DNA of 64,000 bases from an uncultured Clostridia bacterium. GTDB taxonomy: Bacteria; Bacillota; Clostridia; TANB77; CAG-508. Within the stretch, counting starts at the first letter, position 1. Every line of letters starts with the position of its first letter. Below, one piece after another: positions 59,238 to 64,000 of this stretch. Location: the NCBI GenBank assembly GCA_944386755.1, contig CALXCF010000002.1, positions 8,587-72,586 of the forward strand, read 5' to 3'. Position numbers and translations under genes: made by a program. The notes under the pieces were generated by a model, which worked only from the letters and a program-made list of their open reading frames with translations, made no database searches and had not been told where the DNA came from.

Positions 59238-59830
59238 TGTGGACTTATAACAAAATGTTACAATATCCAATCAATATTAAATGTACAGACCCAAAACTTG
59301 CTAAAGTAATTATTTCTCAATATGGTGGTCCTGATGGAGAATTAGCCGCTTCTTTAAGATACTTATCACAAAGATTTGGTATGCCAGACCAAAAAGCTAA
59401 AGCTATATTAAATGATATAGGTACTGAAGAATTAGCACACTTAGAAATGGTTGGAACAATAGTACACCAATTAACAAAAGATGCAAGCATAGAAGAAATA
59501 GAAAAAGCAGGATTAAGTGCATATTACACTGACCATGGGGTAGATGTATATCCACAAGCAGCAGCAGGATTTCCATTTAATGCAGGAGTACTTGCATGTA
59601 AAGGAGATCCAATAGCAAACTTGCAAGAAGACTTAGCAGCAGAACAAAAAGCAAGAGCAACATATGAAAAATTAATAGACTTATGCCGAGATAATGCAGA
59701 TGTATTAGACCCATTAAGATATTTAAGAGAAAGAGAAATAGTACACTTTCAAAGATTTGGTGAAGCATTAAGAGGTGTTCAAGACAAATTAGCTGAAAAG
59801 AAATATTATATGAATGATAATAACTGCTAA
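59237..59830 (+). CDS. cotJC: Spore coat protein CotJC (Mn-catalase-like ferritin fold)
   Basis: starts at MWTYNKMLQYPINIK (RBS aaggggga); ELAASLRYLSQRF...EELAHLEMVGTIV; the track ORF 59111-59830 overlaps cotJB and is an over-extension. Confidence 0.85.
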   Translation: MWTYNKMLQYPINIKCTDPKLAKVIISQYGGPDGELAASLRYLSQRFGMPDQKAKAILNDIGTEELAHLEMVGTIVHQLTKDASIEEIEKAGLSAYYTDHGVDVYPQAAAGFPFNAGVLACKGDPIANLQEDLAAEQKARATYEKLIDLCRDNADVLDPLRYLREREIVHFQRFGEALRGVQDKLAEKKYYMNDNNC

Positions 59831-59941
59831 CTTTTAATCAAAATTCATATTAAGAAAAAACTGCATTCTATAGTTAGTTAAAGAATGCAGTTTTGATATT
59901 AATTATTGATTTTTAATTTATACAATATTTGTATTTTTTAA

Positions 59942-60604
59942 TTATTTATCTGGAAATACAATTCCACTAATACATTTATCATAGATAAATTGTTTTAAAT
60001 CCTCCATATCATTTGTTTCATAATATTTTGTTAATTTTTCGCCAAACGTAATATCTTCATCAATTGGTATACTTATTACACCTTTTCCATTTTGTATCAT
60101 TATTTTATTTGCAAATAACATTGCTGTTCTTTTATTTCCATCTGTAAAAAATTGAGTTCTCATTAAATAACACATAATTGTAATAGCTCTTTCTGTTATA
60201 CATTTAATTTTGTTAAAATTTCCCAAATCTTTACTTGTTTTATCTTCATTAGGTAATTCAGGTTTCCATGTTGTTCCACCAATTGAAACTTCATAGATTC
60301 TAACTTGTCCAGGCCTATCTATTAAATTACTACCAACTAAACTGTTAATAGATTTCAGCATATTTAAATCATTTTCTGCATCGATAGAATTTAAAACAAA
60401 TAACCAAGCATGTTTTAAATTATTAATAGTTTGAATTTCATCTATTCTAAGACGAGCAACATTCCCACCATCATATATTCTTTGAGTTTCTGGATATGTA
60501 ACATCTATTCCTTCAATATGGGAACTTTTCCATATACTATCGACAATGCATCTTTTGGCTAAAAAAATATTTTGTTCTTTTGTTATATTATATTTATCAT
60601 TCAT
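59942..60604 (-). CDS. Fic/Doc (Fido) family protein with a degenerate Doc-type motif (QFFTDGNKRTAM instead of HxFxDGNKR)
   Basis: 220 aa; motif at ...MRTQFFTDGNKRTAMLFANKIM...; the catalytic His is replaced by Gln. Confidence 0.6.
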   Translation of the reverse strand: MNDKYNITKEQNIFLAKRCIVDSIWKSSHIEGIDVTYPETQRIYDGGNVARLRIDEIQTINNLKHAWLFVLNSIDAENDLNMLKSINSLVGSNLIDRPGQVRIYEVSIGGTTWKPELPNEDKTSKDLGNFNKIKCITERAITIMCYLMRTQFFTDGNKRTAMLFANKIMIQNGKGVISIPIDEDITFGEKLTKYYETNDMEDLKQFIYDKCISGIVFPDK

Positions 60605-60774
60605 CTTCTCAAATCCTTTCTTAAATCAAAAACATTATAACATAAATCACATTAAAATTCTATAATTACATCAAAAATTTCGATTTTTTTGAAAGTGTGT
60701 CAAAAATAAATTATTTGATGTAAACATCCAAATATGTTACAATAGCCATGTAGCATAAAGGAGGAAAAAGTATT

Positions 60775-61485
60775 ATGAACAATACAATAAAAACAGAAAT
60801 AAAAAAACATTTATTTGAACTAGCAGACGAAAAATACAAAGAATTTCATAGTGGACTATGTCCAAATACAGACAACATATTAGGAGTAAGAGTACCAATA
60901 TTAAGGAACTATGCAAAACAATTGGTAAAAGAAAACGACATACAATATTTATTAGAAAACATAGATGATGAATATTATGAAGAGATAATGTTACAAGGTA
61001 TGATAATAGGACAAGCAAAGGAAAAAGATTTCGAAAAAATTAAAAAATGGATACAAGATTTTATTCCAAAAATAGATAACTGGGCAGTTTGTGATGTCTT
61101 TTGTGCAGGTTTAAAATTTACTAAAAAATATGAAAAAGAGATGTGGCAATTAATACAAGAATATCTAAAGTCAAATAAGGAATTTTATTTAAGATTTGCA
61201 ATAGTTATGATTTTAGATTTCTATATTAAAGAAGAATATTTAGAGAAGGATTTAAAAATATTCAATAATATAAAAAGTGATAAATACTATGTTCAAATGG
61301 CAATTGCATGGGCAATATCTATATGCCTTATAAAGTATTATGATAAAACAATTGAATTTTTAAGAAGCGGAAATTGCAGGCTAGATGATTTTACATATAA
61401 TAAATCCTTACAAAAGGCAAGAGAGTCTTATAGGATTTCAAAAGAACAAAAAGAAGAACTCCAAACAATGAAAAGAACAAAATGA
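60775..61485 (+). CDS. DNA alkylation repair protein (HEAT-like repeat glycosylase, AlkC/AlkD-like)
   Basis: 236 aa; N-terminal LADEKYKEFHSGLCPNTDNILGVRVPILRNYAK typical of PF08713. Confidence 0.65.
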   Translation: MNNTIKTEIKKHLFELADEKYKEFHSGLCPNTDNILGVRVPILRNYAKQLVKENDIQYLLENIDDEYYEEIMLQGMIIGQAKEKDFEKIKKWIQDFIPKIDNWAVCDVFCAGLKFTKKYEKEMWQLIQEYLKSNKEFYLRFAIVMILDFYIKEEYLEKDLKIFNNIKSDKYYVQMAIAWAISICLIKYYDKTIEFLRSGNCRLDDFTYNKSLQKARESYRISKEQKEELQTMKRTK

Positions 61486-61586
61486 CAAAATTTTATTAAA
61501 TTTTTATAAAAACTGTTTCACAAAAGTATGATTTATGATATATTGTAAAAGATTAAAAAATAAACAAGAAAAGGAATGAAATTTAT

Positions 61587-63323
61587 ATGAGAGAAGGAAG
61601 AAGAATAGAAGGAAAAACACAAAAGCCAAAAAGAAAGATGACACCTGAACAAATAGAAAAAAAGAAGAAAAATATAATAAGGACATTTATAACAATAGTT
61701 GCATTATTATTAATTTTCATAATAGCAATGATTTTAAATGATTTTATTATACTAGACAACAACAAAACAACAAATTTAGTTATAAACAATAGAAATGTAA
61801 CTTCAAATCTAAAAAATGAAATATTAATAGAAGATGATATAATTTATTTATCAGAGCCAGACATAGCTAACTTCTTTGATAAATACATATATGAAGATGA
61901 TGAAACAAACCAAATTATTACAACATATGACAAAAAGATAGCTGCAATAGGTTTTGAAGATAATGTAATAAATATAAATGGTTCAGAAAAACAAATATAT
62001 GCTCATGCAATAAATCAAGATGGAACAATATATCTACCTATTTCCGAAATGGATGATGTATATGACATAGAAATTGATAATATTGAAGAAACTAAAGTTA
62101 TTACAATGGATTCTTTAGATAGAGAACAAAAAAAGGCAATAGTAACTTCAAATCTAGCAGTTAAATCATCTACAAACTTTATCGCAAAAACAGTTGATAG
62201 AGTTAATAAAGGAGATACAGTAGTAGTTATTTCTTCTGAAAATGGATATTCAAGGATTAGAACTGCAAATGGAAAACTTGGATATGTAAAAACTAAAAAA
62301 CTAGAAAATGAGTTTACAGTTAGAGAAGATATGGAAGAAGAGAAACAAATAGAAGGAAAAATAAACTTAACTTGGGATTATTTTTCACAATATGGTTCAG
62401 CACCAGATAGAAGCGGAACTACAATAGATGGTGTAAATGTAGTTTCTCCAGCATTTTTCTATTTAGATACTGATGGCAAACTTAAAGAAAATGTAGGGGA
62501 GAGTGGACAAGCATATATCGAATGGGCACATAGTAATGGATATAAAGTATGGCCAATGGTTGCAAATGCAGAAGCGGCAAATGAAAGTTTAGATATTACA
62601 TCAGAAATAATGAATAGTTATACAAAAAGACAAGAGCTAATAGAAGATATCGTAAATTATTGTGTAGAATATGATTTAGATGGTGTAAATATAGATTTTG
62701 AAAATATGAAACAAGAAGATGTTGATATGTATTCAAGATTTATAATTGAGTTAACACCAAGACTAAAAGAAATCGGATTAGTAACTTCAGTTGATGTAAC
62801 AGCTCCAGATGGTAGCGAAACTTGGTCATTATGTTTTGATAGAAATGTTATAGGAGATGTTGCAGATTACATAGTATTTATGGCATATGACCAATATGGA
62901 GTGTCAAGTACAAAACCAGGAACAACTGCTGGATATAACTGGGTTGAATTAAGTTTAAACAAATTTTTAACAACAGAAGAAATAGAACCAGAAAAGATAA
63001 TTTTAGCAGTTCCTTTATACACAAGAGTTTGGACAACAAATTCAAATGGAGAATTAGTAAATAATCCAACAATAGCAATGAAGAACATCGATAATACAAT
63101 TCCTGATGGCGTTGAAAAACAATGGGATGATGAATTAAAACAAAACTACGTAGAATATGCTGTTGGAGATAATACAAGACAAATTTGGATAGAAGATATA
63201 GATTCATTAAGAGCAAAAGTCTCATTAATTACTGAAAATAACTTAGCAGGTGTTGCATCATGGCAAAAAGGAATGGAAACAGATGAATTTTGGACAATGC
63301 TAAAAGAAGAATTGAGCAATTAG
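61587..63323 (+). CDS. Spore peptidoglycan hydrolase-like protein: TM anchor, SH3b domain, GH18 (chitinase-like) domain; YaaH/YdhD-like
   Basis: 578 aa; SH3_3-like KGDTVVVISSENGYSRIRTANGKLGYV; GH18 motif DGVNIDFE (DxxDxDxE with the middle D changed to N). Confidence 0.7.
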   Translation: MREGRRIEGKTQKPKRKMTPEQIEKKKKNIIRTFITIVALLLIFIIAMILNDFIILDNNKTTNLVINNRNVTSNLKNEILIEDDIIYLSEPDIANFFDKYIYEDDETNQIITTYDKKIAAIGFEDNVININGSEKQIYAHAINQDGTIYLPISEMDDVYDIEIDNIEETKVITMDSLDREQKKAIVTSNLAVKSSTNFIAKTVDRVNKGDTVVVISSENGYSRIRTANGKLGYVKTKKLENEFTVREDMEEEKQIEGKINLTWDYFSQYGSAPDRSGTTIDGVNVVSPAFFYLDTDGKLKENVGESGQAYIEWAHSNGYKVWPMVANAEAANESLDITSEIMNSYTKRQELIEDIVNYCVEYDLDGVNIDFENMKQEDVDMYSRFIIELTPRLKEIGLVTSVDVTAPDGSETWSLCFDRNVIGDVADYIVFMAYDQYGVSSTKPGTTAGYNWVELSLNKFLTTEEIEPEKIILAVPLYTRVWTTNSNGELVNNPTIAMKNIDNTIPDGVEKQWDDELKQNYVEYAVGDNTRQIWIEDIDSLRAKVSLITENNLAGVASWQKGMETDEFWTMLKEELSN

Positions 63324-63372
63324 GGACATGCCAAAATAAGCAAAAATTGCGCAATTTTGTACGTCCCCAAAA
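63324..63372. repeat. GGGAC-family repeat copy (GGGACATGCCAAAATAAGCAAAAATTGCGCAATTTTGTACGTCCCC)
   Basis: imperfect arms GGGACATG.../...ACGTCCCC around the 16-bp perfect palindrome AAAATTGCGCAATTTT; matches the 25852-25900 copy. Confidence 0.65.
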
Positions 63373-63393
63373 AGCAAAAAACTAGAAATCTGC

Positions 63394-63422
63394 TTGACAT
63401 TACGCATTTTGACGTATATAAT
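63394..63422 (+). promoter_or_regulatory. Consensus sigma-A promoter (TTGACA, 17 bp, TATAAT) for sigH
   Basis: -35 at 63394-63399, -10 at 63417-63422. Confidence 0.6.
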
Positions 63423-63457
63423 TTTAAAAAAGCACATTTTGGAGGTATTTGACAAAC

Positions 63458-64000
63458 ATGCAAAATGAAAGTGTATTTTTTTCAACAAATAAATATTCTA
63501 ATTTAACAGACGAACAAATCGTAACAGAAATTAAACAAGGTGACGAATACGCTTTATCATACTTATTAGAAAAATACAAAGAACTTGTAAATATGAAAGT
63601 TGGAAAATACTTTATGGTAGGGGCAGAAAAAGAAGATATTATGCAAGAAGGAATGATAGGACTATATAAAGCAATTAAAAACTTTGATACTCAAAAACAA
63701 AATTCTTTTAAAACATTTGCAAATCTTTGTATAGAAAGACAGCTGATAACTGCAATAAAGACATCTAATAGACAAAAACATATGCCTTTAAACTCATATT
63801 TATCATTAAATATGGCTGCATATGATAACAACGAAGATGATAGTGTAGAATTAATAGACACTTTCAACAGCAATACTATTGAAGATCCATTAGAAACAGT
63901 TATGAAAAAGGAATATTATGAGCAAATACATAATAATATAGAAAAATCACTTAGTAAATTTGAAAAACAAGTGTTAGATAGATTTATGAAGGGTGAAAGT
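63458..64000 (+). CDS. sigH: RNA polymerase sigma-H factor (Spo0H), 5' partial; runs off the window end
   Basis: MQNESVFFSTN...FKTFANLCIERQLITAIK (sigma-70 region 2, SigH-like); RBS ggagg; no stop before 64000. Confidence 0.8.
   Translation, partial: MQNESVFFSTNKYSNLTDEQIVTEIKQGDEYALSYLLEKYKELVNMKVGKYFMVGAEKEDIMQEGMIGLYKAIKNFDTQKQNSFKTFANLCIERQLITAIKTSNRQKHMPLNSYLSLNMAAYDNNEDDSVELIDTFNSNTIEDPLETVMKKEYYEQIHNNIEKSLSKFEKQVLDRFMKGES

Noticed and set aside
1-64000. CRISPR arrays, tRNA/rRNA genes, integrases/transposases
   Set aside because: No regularly spaced direct repeats with unique spacers. No tRNA-like T-arm (GGTTCGAATCC) or rRNA-like GC-rich blocks. No recombinase or transposase ORFs were recognised in any frame.

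Overview
The window is low-GC (about 27-28 %) chromosomal DNA from a spore-forming Firmicute, probably class Clostridia. Most genes are on the + strand and are ordinary housekeeping and sporulation genes. From start to end the window contains:
- a BceAB-type peptide-antibiotic ABC transporter with a DUF1093 partner;
- a frameshifted GT51 peptidoglycan glycosyltransferase;
- two membrane-anchored XRE regulators;
- a GntR/ABC (ytrA-like) operon;
- a YvpB-like C39 peptidase;
- a VanR/VanS-type two-component system reduced by two deletions;
- the anaerobic ribonucleotide reductase genes nrdDG;
- a BceRS-type two-component system;
- ogt, a DUF362 protein, a LarC N-domain protein and yebC;
- the complete spoIIIAA-AH operon (AA frameshifted);
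- pfk;
- a FIST / aldehyde dehydrogenase / Fe-alcohol dehydrogenase cluster;
- a cadC-HMA-cadA metal efflux locus;
- a second P-type ATPase;
- addA (frameshifted, no adjacent addB);
- rqcH;
- a two-gene island of a divergent DnaB-family helicase plus an ORF6N-PLD protein;
- asnB, rpmF, dgkA (frameshifted), cotJABC, a degenerate Doc/Fic protein, a DNA alkylation repair protein, a GH18/SH3b spore hydrolase and the 5' part of sigH.

No rRNA, tRNA or CRISPR array was found.

The features not explained by the gene list are:
1. A dispersed family of GC-rich palindromic intergenic repeats built from GGGGAC/GTCCCC and TGGTCA(C)/(G)TGACCA modules (at least 8 loci). One 120-bp copy sits inside the spoIIIA operon, and a near-identical 45-bp leader sits in front of spoIIIAH and cadC.
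2. A second repeat type paired with a hairpin carrying a GCCGAG loop, found next to a 112-bp segmental duplication and a uracil-DNA-glycosylase-like gene fragment.
3. A 190-bp element bounded by perfect 20-bp inverted repeats.
4. A 36-bp tandem duplication.
5. An unusual number of +1 frameshifts (six genes, all single-base insertions), which needs read-level verification.
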